NCBI GenBank assembly: GCA_051294375.1 | Contig: CM119267.1 | Location: 6,127,992 to 6,191,991 of the forward strand | Source of the DNA: Paraspadella gotoi | Lineage: Eukaryota; Animalia; Chaetognatha | Direction: 5' to 3' | DNA length: 64,000 nt | In this document: positions 27,462-38,612 of the stretch, piece after piece | Position numbering within the stretch: the stretch's first letter is position 1 | Layout of the letters: each line of letters opens with the position of its first letter | Program-made: the position numbers and the translations under genes | Notes under the pieces: generated by a model | Told to the model about the DNA's origin: nothing | Database searches by the model: none | What the model saw: only the letters and a program-made list of their open reading frames with translations

Positions 27462-30182
27462 ATGAGCGACTCGGAAGACGAATCGTCCTATTCAGGTTCC
27501 GAACCATCGGAACAAGCGTCGCCAAGACATTCATCGAATCCTAAAGTCGATCTTCTCGATCTTAATTCTACCGCTGGAACGACTCTTCAGAGTCTCCCCG
27601 AGGGCGGCTTCCTAGGTCAGGTTTCCTTCGACTCGTTAAATCAAACTGACGAACGTCCTGTTGCCTCACCGGCGATTTATGGCAAAAATATCGAAGATAA
27701 TCGTGCTTCAAAAGACGCCGACGTGGGTGCCGATGAGATATTGGAGGTCGAACGCGCCTTGCGTGAGGCGGGATTTTCCTCGGCGCCGAATTCCGGTCTC
27801 GTTTCCGGCCGATTTCTCGGCGGACCCGCTGACGACGATGCTGAAATTGCTCGAGATGGCGTCGAAGCTTCTGTGCCGAGCGGTTCGACCAAGTCCTTCG
27901 GGCTGGCCCCGATTAAGTTCGCTTCGGAAGAAGAAAATGTCGCAAAATCGAACGGAGGATCGAACGTTTTGTCTCGACGTCGCCGCGACGGAAGCGTCGA
28001 CGAAAAGGAAAAGAAGGAACTCGAAAAACAAATAATCATCCTTAACAGCAAGCTTCAAGATTTAACGCTGGAGAAAGGCGACAAGCGCGTGGAACGACTC
28101 CAGCGAGAGTTGGAGGAGCAAGAAAAAATCATGCGTGGTTATCAAACGGAGAACGAAAAGCTCTACTCGCAAATGAAGCAGATTTCAAGGGAGGCAAAAG
28201 TCGGGGAGAAGGCGAGGGCGGAAGAGATTCTCAAACTGGGCACCGAGATTGCCCGGCTCAAGGAATCCGCGGCTTCGCGAGAGGCACAACTTAAAAATTT
28301 GCGCGAGTCGCTTCGCCAGAAAGAGGCGGAGGAGAAACGGCGCGTCAAGTCCAAGTGCGTCGATTGCGACCTTAAGGATTCGGAGCTCAAGGAAATGAGC
28401 AAGATGTTGGACGAGAAGCGACAGAGAATCCACGAACTCGAGGGAGAGAACTTCGGTGCCAGAGAAAATCTCCAACGCTTGAATCAATTGGTCGAGCGAT
28501 CAAAGGCCGACGCTCATCTAAGGGAATCCGCTTTCAAGCAGGAAATGGGAGAGGCCAGGGCTAATTTCGAGCGGGAAATCGCTGCCTTGAAGTCCAAGTT
28601 GGGCAACGTCACGGAGGACCTGAATCAACAGGACCGAATTTCAGCCACGAACAAAACTGCGGCGGTGGAGTTGAATCGTCTCAAGGACGAAAACGAGTCT
28701 TTGAAGGAGACCTTGGCCGTGAGGGAAAAAGAAAGAAAAGAAATAATGTCGGAAAAACATAATCTCAACGACAAAACGATAGATCTTCAGCGGCGGTTGA
28801 GGCAAACGGAGAATGAATTGAGGACGGAGAGAAGGAACGAAAGTTCCACCTTCAATCGCTTCGGTTGGGCCGGGGAATCCGTGGTCAATCGTGGAAAGAG
28901 CAAGATACCGAAAAGCTCCGATGATCGATCGGCGGACAACATTCTTTCGACCACGACCCTCAACATTTTGGAGAACAACATCAAGAGACTTCAGAAACAG
29001 CTGGAGACCAAGGATCAGGAGGCTGAAGCCAGTATGCAAGCCTTGCAAGAAAAGTTCGAAGGTCTCAAGGCAAGATACGAGGAACAGATTGAAAAGTTAA
29101 AGCAAAAAGTCTCCGAGAAGAATTCGCTAATCGAAAAATTGAAGGTTTGCGAAGAATGCAAAAATTTGAAAGCGGAAGTGGAGAAAGTGGAAGGAAAGTT
29201 GAAGTCCCAGGGAGAAACCGTCGCCAAGTTGAGAAGGGAACAAGAGATTTTTAGGGGCGCAAACCTTTCAAAGGAGCAACGCTATCAAGAGCAAATCGTC
29301 GGCCTCAACTCTGAACTTCAAACGCGACAGAAACGACTTCAAATCTTGGAAAGTAGGTTGGCGAAGTTGGAGGGAAGCCCTAGAAGATTGAGAGATCGGT
29401 CGCCCGACGTCGACGGAACCCCGCCCCGCGACGAAAAACCCGAAGCGGAGAGACTCAACAAAAGAATCGACGACCTCGTCGTCGAACTCACCAATGTCAA
29501 CGACGAGAGGATGAGGTGCAAAGGTCAACTCGAACTCGCCAACGTGGATTTGGACGATGCGAGGAAGAGTAGAGAGCGAGCGTTGGAAGAGAGAGAGGCT
29601 ATCAGAAAAAACTTTGAGGAGTTGAGGTCGGAAAAGGAGGAGCTGGCCCGTCGATTCGAAGCTCTGAAGGATGAATCGGAGCGCAAGTCTCGGGCAAGCT
29701 TGGAAACTGTCAACCTGGAGGCAGTAGAGAATTTAAAGGCTGAATTCGCCAAGCAAGTTCAAAAATGCATGGGATTGGAGCAGGAACTGATGACGGCCAA
29801 GTTCTCGGAGGAGCGGTTGGAGAGAGCCAACGCCTCCGTCGCCACCCTCCGTCAACAGGTTCTCTCCTTGGAAGACCGTCTCGCCGACGCCAAGGAGAAT
29901 CAGAGTCCCTCCGCGAAGAGAATCGCCCAACTGGAAGAAAGACTTGGGGAAATCTCTAAGCGCCAGCGGGACAAGGAGGACCTCATGAAAAAGTACGCCA
30001 CCTCAATCGCCCTTTCCGCCGTCAATCGGGGCTTCGAAACTCACAAGGTCGATGAGATTTTCTTCGAAAACCAAAGGCTGAAAAGAGATTTGCTGGCAAA
30101 GGATGAGATGGTGGAGTCTTTCAAGAGGGAAATGGATTCCATCGTCCAAGCCTTGCGGACAATGGAATCGAAAAATTTGTGA
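27462..30182 (+). CDS. CEP162: Centrosomal protein 162-like coiled-coil protein, single 906-aa exon
   Basis: EQEKIMRGYQTENEKLY and C-terminal KDEMVESFKREMDSIVQAL resemble CEP162/QN1 conserved blocks. Extensive coiled coil. Confidence 0.75.
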   Translation: MSDSEDESSYSGSEPSEQASPRHSSNPKVDLLDLNSTAGTTLQSLPEGGFLGQVSFDSLNQTDERPVASPAIYGKNIEDNRASKDADVGADEILEVERALREAGFSSAPNSGLVSGRFLGGPADDDAEIARDGVEASVPSGSTKSFGLAPIKFASEEENVAKSNGGSNVLSRRRRDGSVDEKEKKELEKQIIILNSKLQDLTLEKGDKRVERLQRELEEQEKIMRGYQTENEKLYSQMKQISREAKVGEKARAEEILKLGTEIARLKESAASREAQLKNLRESLRQKEAEEKRRVKSKCVDCDLKDSELKEMSKMLDEKRQRIHELEGENFGARENLQRLNQLVERSKADAHLRESAFKQEMGEARANFEREIAALKSKLGNVTEDLNQQDRISATNKTAAVELNRLKDENESLKETLAVREKERKEIMSEKHNLNDKTIDLQRRLRQTENELRTERRNESSTFNRFGWAGESVVNRGKSKIPKSSDDRSADNILSTTTLNILENNIKRLQKQLETKDQEAEASMQALQEKFEGLKARYEEQIEKLKQKVSEKNSLIEKLKVCEECKNLKAEVEKVEGKLKSQGETVAKLRREQEIFRGANLSKEQRYQEQIVGLNSELQTRQKRLQILESRLAKLEGSPRRLRDRSPDVDGTPPRDEKPEAERLNKRIDDLVVELTNVNDERMRCKGQLELANVDLDDARKSRERALEEREAIRKNFEELRSEKEELARRFEALKDESERKSRASLETVNLEAVENLKAEFAKQVQKCMGLEQELMTAKFSEERLERANASVATLRQQVLSLEDRLADAKENQSPSAKRIAQLEERLGEISKRQRDKEDLMKKYATSIALSAVNRGFETHKVDEIFFENQRLKRDLLAKDEMVESFKREMDSIVQALRTMESKNL

Positions 30183-30269
30183 TTTATGATTTCTCGTTTC
30201 TTTTGTGCCTTCCTCCGTCCATTTGATCTCAATTTTCTTTTTTTTTTTTTTTTTGTCTGAATAAAGAAA

Positions 30270-31316
30270 ATGTCTATTGACGTCTCCGTTATCGTTCCCA
30301 TTTATAACGGAGAACCGTGGATCGACGAATGTTTCGCCGCAATCGAGCGACAAGACTTCTCCGGCTGCATGGAAGTTTCGGTCTTTGACGACTCCAGTGT
30401 TGACGACACAGCCCATCTTCTCGAAAAATGGACCAAGAAACTCGGGCGCCGCGGCATCGAAGTTATTATCGGGCGCGACCCTGAAGCCCATGGGCCCGGC
30501 GGCGTTGGAAGGGCCAAGAATCGCGCCGTACGTCAAAGCCGAGGTCGGTTTCTTTGCTTCCAAGACGTGGACGATGTTATGACTCCGGATCGAATCCGTA
30601 AGCAGTACGAATGGGCGTTCGAACTCTCAGAAAACGTCATTGTGGGCTCTCGATTCGATCGAAATCCGCCCGACTCAACGCGCCGCTTCACGGAATGGGC
30701 GTGCCGCTTGACGCCCGGGCAGTTGGTAGCGCAGGCTTACACCGCCAACGGACCGACGATCATTATGCCTACTTGGTTCATGTCTCGCTCCAACTTTGAT
30801 TCTGTCGGTTGTTTCGTCGAGGAGGGAAAGGGTTGTCCCGAAGACTTCATTTTTTTCCTTGAACATCTGAGACGCGGCGGCGGCCTCTACCGCTGCGACG
30901 ACGTCCTGCTTTCCTACCGCTACCACGAAAACTGCGAAACATTGTCCGTAACCGGGGAGAGGATTTGGGATTTGAGAGTCGAGTACTTGGAGAACGACGT
31001 TTTATCCAAGTGGGATCGATTTACAATTTGGAATGCGGGGAAACAAGGGAGAAAGTTATACCGAAGTTTGAAAAAGAAAACTCGCGACAAGGTGGCTCTC
31101 TTTTGCGACGTCGACCCCAAGAAAATTTCATTGGGACACTACACCTTCGAAGATTCCTCCGATAGACCTAAACCTAAAGTTCCCATCGTTCATTTTTCCC
31201 GAGCACAACCACCCATCGTTATTTGCGTTAAACAAAATTTGACCGGCGGGAATTTTGAAGCTAATCTTATGTCTCTGAACTTGTGCGAGGGCAAGGATTA
31301 TTTGTTTTTCAGTTGA
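30270..31316 (+). CDS. B3GNTL1: GT2 glycosyltransferase B3GNTL1 (queuosine-tRNA galactosyltransferase QTGAL), single exon
   Basis: VSVIVPIYN, GVGRAKNRAV, LCFQDVDD, GPTIIMPTWF, FTIWNAGKQGRK, FCDVDPKKI, LTGGNFE, EGKDY. Confidence 0.92.
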   Translation: MSIDVSVIVPIYNGEPWIDECFAAIERQDFSGCMEVSVFDDSSVDDTAHLLEKWTKKLGRRGIEVIIGRDPEAHGPGGVGRAKNRAVRQSRGRFLCFQDVDDVMTPDRIRKQYEWAFELSENVIVGSRFDRNPPDSTRRFTEWACRLTPGQLVAQAYTANGPTIIMPTWFMSRSNFDSVGCFVEEGKGCPEDFIFFLEHLRRGGGLYRCDDVLLSYRYHENCETLSVTGERIWDLRVEYLENDVLSKWDRFTIWNAGKQGRKLYRSLKKKTRDKVALFCDVDPKKISLGHYTFEDSSDRPKPKVPIVHFSRAQPPIVICVKQNLTGGNFEANLMSLNLCEGKDYLFFS

Positions 31317-31435
31317 TGAGAAGAAACTAATGAATGTTTATTATTAGAAAAAGGAAAAAAAAACTAATGGTAACCGATGGTGTTCTAGTGAGTTAATCGA
31401 CGTTTACGACTTTCGAACAAATTCCTTCTGGCAAG

Positions 31436-33171
31436 ATGATTCGATGCCTATTTTTTGGACGTCGGTTGCACTTGCCCTCGTTGGCGTACTGCTCCACTAC
31501 CTTCGCCGCCCAGTTGATGTCTGCTGTGTTTAGTTTCTACTACGTGAAAATCTTTCTCGTCCATTATAAAATTTCAGATTATTGGTTTAACGTGGCACAG
31601 GTTAGTTTATTTTAATTAATTTGAGAAATTAAACAATACATTTGCTTTATGACTGTCCTATTCATCTTTCAGATAATATTTATGATATGGAACGCCATAA
31701 ACGACCCTTTATTTGGGTACATACAAGACAACTCGACGCTGAGGTATCTTATGTTCTAGACAGTAGCAGTTAACGCTGTTAAATTTACGATGCAGATTAC
31801 AGGGTTTTTGAGCTCTTTCAGGACTGTTTAAAAATTGATTTCCAGTAGTAAAACTTTTTTTGTCAACATTCACATTCTTCTTTTGTTAGTATTTTTCGAG
31901 TTCGACGGAAATCGATCTTGTACGGAGCGCCAATCTACGTATTCGCTTTCGCTACATTTTGGTTTCCATGGGCAACTGATGGGTCATGGGTGGTCGGCGT
32001 CCACCTGCTCGTCTCTCTCTGTCTCTTCGACGCCATGCTCACTTTTGTCCTTTTAGCTCAGTGCGCTCTCTTCGCCGAAATGTCCACTCTTCACGAAGAC
32101 CGGTTGAGGCTTGTCTTCTACTCTCAGGTGACAAGACCAGACAAGACAAAGACAAAAAATTTTTTTTAAAATTTATTTGGGAATTTCCAGGTTGCCTCCC
32201 TCGTCGCCTCGTGCTCCGTCGGCGTCACCGAATTCGCATCGTCTGGATTGACCAACTTTGTCGCGTTTCAAATAACTTGCGTGGCCATCGCGCTCGTCGC
32301 CTGGGCCGGATTCACGTTGACAGGCCTTTTCGCGAAAACGACTGTCGCCCAGATTTCCGCCAAGTCTGACTCCGAAAAAAGCGCCGTCTCCTCGCCGGAC
32401 GACGCCCTCTCCATCTGGCGTCAAACTTGGCAGATTCTCCGCCAACGCAATTTTCTCGCCTTCGTCGGAATGAATTTTTTGCAGATCCTTCACACGACTT
32501 TTCATTCCAACTTCGTTTCCATTTTTCTCGACGTCCTCGTCCCCACCGACGTGATCGGCACCGCCGCGCGATCCACCTTCAAGGGAGCGCTCTTTATCAC
32601 TTCCCAAATCCTCGTGCTCTGTCTCGGTCCGTGGCTCCGGAGCTGCGGCGCTTATTGGGTCATCATGCGTAGTTTCTGGCTCAAGATCGCCTTCGCCGCC
32701 TTTTTCGGTTTTCTCTCTTACTCCAAACTCTTGTCTGAATTGGAACCTTCAACACGGGCCGGGATTCTCATGGCCTACATCCTCTTCGACTCGTCGGCGG
32801 GAAACGCCATGTTCGCCACCTTCAATCTCCTCATCTCCGACGTGATCGACGACGACATGGCCAAGAACAGGCGGGCCTCGCCCTTATCGTCGATGGTGTT
32901 CGGCACCAACGCCTTGATCACCAAACCGGCCATCTCTCTCGCGCCGATGTTAGTCATCCATTTTCTCAATCCTTTCGGTTTCGAATCTTTTAAAACGAAT
33001 CCCGCCGCCTTCCTGGCCGACCCCAATCGGTTGAATAGTCTCCGTTTCGCGACCGCAAGCCTCGTTTGGGGTTGGCCCTTGGTTATGGGGCTTTTACAAA
33101 TTATAGTTTTCAAGCCTTACCAGCTGAGAAACACCCACGACAGCTTCGTGGCCAAGCATCTCGAAGAATGA
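31436..33171 (+). CDS. MFSD13A: MFS transporter MFSD13A/TMEM180, copy 1, 4 exons
   Basis: FYYVKIF, IFMIWNAINDPLFGYIQD, FWFPW, ALFAE, NFLAFV, LLISDVIDDD, FGTNALITKPA. Confidence 0.85.
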
Positions 33172-33368
33172 CTTGGATCACGACATTTCCTCTTGTTTGT
33201 GCACAGGAGTTGAGGGATGGCACCAAGTGTCCTTCTAGTCAATTGCTTAATCTTTCCGGATGAGGAATAATATCAATTGTTTTCTCCAGACATAATTTGG
33301 TTTTTTTTCTTCTTTTTTTTAATTGCCGGTTATATGTCGCATAATTTGGCTAAGCTTTGTTTATGAAC

Positions 33369-33919
33369 TACTATCTAGGAAAAAAGTATATCAGATTTTT
33401 AGTCGTAGATATCTATTCAGAATGTTTTCAAATTTATATTAAATTTTTTTTAATAGTTTCCTTTTATTTTTTCGTAGGTCAAATTGTTTAGAAGTTACAG
33501 ACAAAAAACATTGCTACTTCAAATAAAAATGGCGAAAAAAATTATATTTAGTTTTTCACCATTTTTTATATTTAATTATTTATTTTTATTTTAAATATTT
33601 ATTTTTTTTAATTAGTAATACTAAAGGCATTGCACCTTTTTTTAGTTTAAAAAAGTGCTATTATAGTTTTCAGAAAAGAGGGAAAGACGCGCAACATCAA
33701 TATTGAGGCAGAAAAGAATTGCGTTAAAAATATGGAAAAATATTTCACTGTTATACCTCAATTCGCTGTATAAAAGCATGCCTAAACAAATGTAGGTAGT
33801 ATTCAATGCTGAGAAAGGGTATACCAAATATTGATAATATTTTACTTATATTTTATATATTTTTTATTGAATAAATAAATTTTCAACAATTATGTGATAT
33901 ACTTTTTTCCTAGATAGTA
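33369..33919. mobile_element. ~550-bp MITE between the two MFSD13A copies
   Basis: Perfect 25-bp inverted repeats TACTATCTAGGAAAAAAGTATATCA (33369-33393) and TGATATACTTTTTTCCTAGATAGTA (33895-33919). AT-rich non-coding interior. Confidence 0.8.
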
Positions 33920-34357
33920 CTTTATTGCTGACACAAATAATGTATTATGTAATACATATTGTATGGATTATTCACATTTAGAAGTAGTCCTCATGGTTTT
34001 TTTTTTTCATGCGACAGATGATTTTAAAAACCCTCAATTAGAGTAATCAATAATTGGCATTTCTCGTTCGCTTTTACTGTGTGGGCTGTAGATTTTGATT
34101 CACTTTAATTTTCGGATAATGCCAAATTGTATAATTATTAAACCAGTCAAAAAACTAGGGTTACTCGTTGGTTGAATTAAATACAGACGTACATAAAATT
34201 TGCACTCAGTGTAAATTTTCTTTGAGCTCACTGTTCATGTTTCGTGTTCACTGAACTGTTCAGGAATGCTTGTTCGTTTAATTTTTATTGATACTAATTT
34301 TTTATTGCGCGATCCTTGTTTAATTTGTTGTCAGATAATAAAGATTAACGAATAACA

Positions 34358-35999
34358 ATGCAAGATAGTCGAACTTTGCGTGGATTTCGCGTCCCGGCTG
34401 CCGTCGCTTACAGCGCTACAACATTCGCGAATCACGTCCAGTCGTCCATATTCAAATTTTACTATGTCAAAGTTTTTCTAGTCAAGTACAAAATAGACGA
34501 CAACTGGTTTTATATCGCTCAGGTAGGCAACGCTTCTAGTGAAATCCATTAGATGTGATGAACATATTTTATTCTGCAGCTCATCTTCATGATATGGAAT
34601 GCAATAAACGATCCTCTTTTCGGATACGTTCAAGACAATTCTTCACTCAGGTTGATGAACGAGATTTTAGTTTTTTATTTTGCCGTGATAAAAACAGCCC
34701 TATCCCCGGTCCACACATGCAAGCGTCTTTCGTGTTCGTCGAAAGACCATTCTCTACGGCGCGCCCATCTTCGCACTCAGCTTCGTGTCTTTTTGGTTTC
34801 CCTGGGCGACGGAAGGTTCATGGGTTGTGGGGGCTCAGCTGGTTGTCTGTCTCTGCGTCTATGACGCCGTTTACACTTTCGTCATTCTCGCCCAGTGCGC
34901 CCTATTTACCGAAATGTCCTCCGATCGCAAAGAACGGGTCAGACTCGTTGCTTACGATCAGGTTCGTCTTTGATACTTTTAATGCAAAAGATGTGAAAGT
35001 TAGTAATTTTATTTTTAAGGGTGACGCAAATATTATTTTACTTTATAGGTGGCGTCTATTCTCGGCGCCGCTTCGGTGGGCGTTACCGAATACGTTTCCT
35101 CCGGTCTCGCCGACTTTCGATTGTTCCAAGTTTCGTGTGTGTTTTTCGCCCTGCTCGCCTTTGCCGGTTTCGCCTTCACAGGTTATTTCGCCGAATCTCA
35201 GGTGGCGCAACTTTCTCGCGCCGACGCCGTTGATGTGGAATTTGAGCCACTCTCCTCCTCTGTCCTGAGGCAAACTTTGGAGATTCTCCGGCAGCGTAAT
35301 TTCCAATCTTTCGTGGTATCCAACTTTCTACAGATATCTCACATGACTTTCTTCTCTAACTTCGCTTCGATATTCCTCGACGTGCTTTTTCCAGTTGATT
35401 ATCTCTCCCCCTTCCACCGATCCCTATTTAACGGCGCCCTCTTTGTGTCTCCCCAATTCATCGTCCTTTTCGTCCGTCCGTGGCTGGCATCAAAGGGCGC
35501 CTCTTGGGTCGTCATACGTAGCTTTTTTTTCAAAGTCATATTTTCTCTCCTTTTCTACGTCGGTTGTTTTTTCCACGGAGTTACGAACGTGGAAACGCTG
35601 GTCGTTTTGGTGCTACCCTACGTTCTCGTCGATTCGGCGATGAGCCACGCCGCTTTCGCCACCTTCAACCTGCTGATCTCCGACATCGTCGACGACGACC
35701 TGCGGATAAACCGGCGACGAGCTCCACTTTCGTCCTCAGTCTTCGGCACCAACGCGCTCCTCACCAAACCGGCGGTTTCGCTGGCGCCTCTTCTCGTTTT
35801 GAAACTGCTCAAACCCTTTGGTTTTGAGGCGTACAAAGGAGATCCGGATGGTTTTTATAAAAATTCAAATGATTTGATGCTTCTTAGATCTGCCGTTTTG
35901 AATCTATTGTGGTGTTGGCCTCTCTTGATTGGTACTTTACAAACGTTGGCGTTTTCTCTGTATCGACCGCGGATATGTATTCAAAATAAAGACCAGTAA
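34358..35999 (+). CDS. MFSD13A: MFS transporter MFSD13A/TMEM180, copy 2, 4 exons
   Basis: Same motifs (IWNAINDPLFGYVQD, FWFPWATEGSW, FGTNALLTKPA) and the same three intron positions as copy 1. Confidence 0.85.
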
Positions 36000-36144
36000 T
36001 TGTTATACAAACTTACAAATTTACACTAGTTTTTTTTTGGTAACAATTTGTTTTAGACGTATTTATGTATTGTCTTTTGGATTTTATGGGTTTTTATTTG
36101 AATTTTATTAGATTCTATTCGTATTTTTTTCTTTCAGAGACAAA

Positions 36145-37035
36145 ATGCCGTTGATCCGTTGTCTTCGTTCATCCTTTTTGACTCGCACCGAAACTTTTTC
36201 CCGGGCGCCCTCTTTTCTTTCTGCTCTGGGCCTCGACAAAGTTCGATCTCGTTCCCTTGTGAATCTTTCCGTCGACGAATCATCCGGCATCGGCACCATC
36301 ACCATGGCCAATCCTCCCGTCAATTCTTTGTCGTTGGAATTCATGGAAAAGTTTGTGAGTGCTCTGGAAACCTCGCATAAAGATCCCAAATGCAAAGGTC
36401 TCATCCTAACTTCCGGCGTTCCCCGGATTTTCTCGGGCGGGCTCGACATCCTGGCCATGTACAAACCCGTTGAAGAAAAAGCGCGCAAATTTTGGCACAC
36501 TTTCCAACATCTTTGGATGGAGCTCTATCTTTCCCCGATTCCCGTCGTCGCCGCCATCAACGGCGCGGCACCGGCCGGCGGCACCATCCTCGCTTGCGCC
36601 TGCGACTGTCGCGTCGTCGCCGACGACGAAAAGCTGCGAATGGGCCTCAACGAGACGCAGCTGGGCATCGTAGCGCCGTGGTGGGCCGCCAAGATGTTCG
36701 TTCTCACCGTGGGCCACCGAGAGGCGGAAAAGGCTCTCCAACTTGGCCACCTGTACTCGCCGTCGGAGGCTCTCTCCACAGGTCTCGTCGACTTCAGCGT
36801 CCCTGCGGCGCAGGTGGGCCCTAAGGCCGAGGAGTTGGCCAAGGCCTTCATGTCCATCGATCCCACGGCGAGGTTCAAGACAAAGAATCTCCTGCGAAGG
36901 CCGCTCGTCGACGAGCTGTTGGCCTTCGACAGGAATAAGGACATAGATCTTTTCTATAAAATCATTTCGGCGCCGGGTACCCAAAAAGTTATGGGCCTTT
37001 ATCTCGCTTCGCTGAAGGCAAAGTCCAAAAAGTGA
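36145..37035 (+). CDS. ECI1: Enoyl-CoA delta isomerase 1, mitochondrial, single exon
   Basis: Arg/Ser-rich presequence, NPPVNSLSLE, FSGGLDI, AAINGAAPAGG, MGLNETQLGIVAP (catalytic Glu motif). Confidence 0.92.
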   Translation: MPLIRCLRSSFLTRTETFSRAPSFLSALGLDKVRSRSLVNLSVDESSGIGTITMANPPVNSLSLEFMEKFVSALETSHKDPKCKGLILTSGVPRIFSGGLDILAMYKPVEEKARKFWHTFQHLWMELYLSPIPVVAAINGAAPAGGTILACACDCRVVADDEKLRMGLNETQLGIVAPWWAAKMFVLTVGHREAEKALQLGHLYSPSEALSTGLVDFSVPAAQVGPKAEELAKAFMSIDPTARFKTKNLLRRPLVDELLAFDRNKDIDLFYKIISAPGTQKVMGLYLASLKAKSKK

Positions 37036-37166
37036 TAAAAACTTTTCTTTTAATTTTGATATCTTATCCAGTTGAAATTTGATATTTTTTTTTATATACA
37101 AACCGTCTAACGACATCTTGGTTATCGTACACTGCGATATTATTAATTTTATAGCTTTAGATTAAA

Positions 37167-38549
37167 ATGGCCGCGACCGCGTCTAATCCCGCTGACGAGG
37201 ACCATAATTTTATCTCATGTTTGACTTGGGTTCCTCGCGGATTCGCCAAAGAAAATCCCGTCCGGTTGCGACTCAACGACGGCGACGACGAGAACGAAAC
37301 CGGTAGCGACGACGACGACGACCGCGCTCTGGAAGAAGTTCCGAAAAACGAACCGGTGGAAGACGACGAGGACGATGTCGTGAAAAAATACGGACTAGAC
37401 GACTACGACGACGACGATGGAAACCCGACGGACGCCTTTTCCTCAATCGCCGCTTTTCAATCCAACGCCGCTGATCCTTACGTCACTCTCAAGGATGAGG
37501 ACGAGTCGGACGACGACGACGCCATTCTCCCTACGGACAACCTGGCGGTGGCCGGTCACGTCAACGGCGAGTCATTTTCGGCCGAGGTTAACCTCTTCAA
37601 CGCCGACGAGGATCACTCCTTCGTTCATCACGACTTTCTTCTTCCGTCCCTCCCTCTGTGTCTCGAATGGATCGGTTTCGATCCCGGCGAAGACACCGTC
37701 GGCAATCTCCTCGCCGTCGGTTCCATGACCAACGTCATCGACGTCTGGGATCTCGATCTCATGGAACCGTTGGAACCCGCGTTTCGGCTAGGAAACAAAC
37801 CGATGGGAAAGAAAAAGAAAAAGAAGAAAAGTGAATCTAACGTTTTTGGTCATTCCGATGCGGTATTGGCTTTGGCGTGGAACCGCAATCAACGCCACGT
37901 TCTGGCCAGTGGTTCCGCCGACTTTACCGTCGAACTTTGGGACTTGTCCGAAGGTCGTCCCGGTGAGACGGTGCGGCTATTCGAAGAAAAAGTACAGACC
38001 CTCGCCTGGCACCCTCTCGAGGCCCACAATCTCTTGGCAGGGGGATGCGATCGGACGGTCAGGTTGATGGATTGTCGCGACCCCACCGACTGCCACAAGA
38101 AGTGGATCGTCGATGGGGAAGTGGAAAAGGTGCTCTTTGACAAATACTCCCCTCTGCATTTCTTTGTCGCCACGGACAAGGGAATGGTATATCGCCTGGA
38201 TGCGAGAACAGACAAGCCGCTCTTCACTCTGGCCGCCCACGACGACGCCGTTACGAGCCTTTCGCAGAGTCCCACCGTTCCGTACTGCCTGGTGACGTCG
38301 TCTATGGACAAAAGCCTCAAACTGTGGGACTTTGCGAACGAAAGGCCCGAGTGCGTCGTCACGAAAAACTTTAAGATTGGACCGATCCATTGCGCCGAGT
38401 TTTGTCCTGACGCCGGGCTCGTCGTTGCCCTCGGCGGCAACAAGGGCTGCTTTAAAATTTGGGATGCCGGCAAATCGGCGGCCGTCAAGTCGCGATTTGC
38501 CGGGAGGGTTGCTCCGAAGGAGGAGAAAGCAGTGGAAGAAACCGAGTGA
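37167..38549 (+). CDS. PWP1: Periodic tryptophan protein 1 (WD40), single exon
   Basis: ISCLTWVPRG, acidic region, FVHHDFLLPSLPLCLEW, VWDLD..EP, GHSDAVLALAWN, LASGSAD. Confidence 0.93.
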   Translation: MAATASNPADEDHNFISCLTWVPRGFAKENPVRLRLNDGDDENETGSDDDDDRALEEVPKNEPVEDDEDDVVKKYGLDDYDDDDGNPTDAFSSIAAFQSNAADPYVTLKDEDESDDDDAILPTDNLAVAGHVNGESFSAEVNLFNADEDHSFVHHDFLLPSLPLCLEWIGFDPGEDTVGNLLAVGSMTNVIDVWDLDLMEPLEPAFRLGNKPMGKKKKKKKSESNVFGHSDAVLALAWNRNQRHVLASGSADFTVELWDLSEGRPGETVRLFEEKVQTLAWHPLEAHNLLAGGCDRTVRLMDCRDPTDCHKKWIVDGEVEKVLFDKYSPLHFFVATDKGMVYRLDARTDKPLFTLAAHDDAVTSLSQSPTVPYCLVTSSMDKSLKLWDFANERPECVVTKNFKIGPIHCAEFCPDAGLVVALGGNKGCFKIWDAGKSAAVKSRFAGRVAPKEEKAVEETE

Positions 38550-38612
38550 ACAGAATTTGAAAACCTTTTGTTATTTTTATTTTTATTTCTTTTTAGACGA
38601 GTCACTGTCGAA

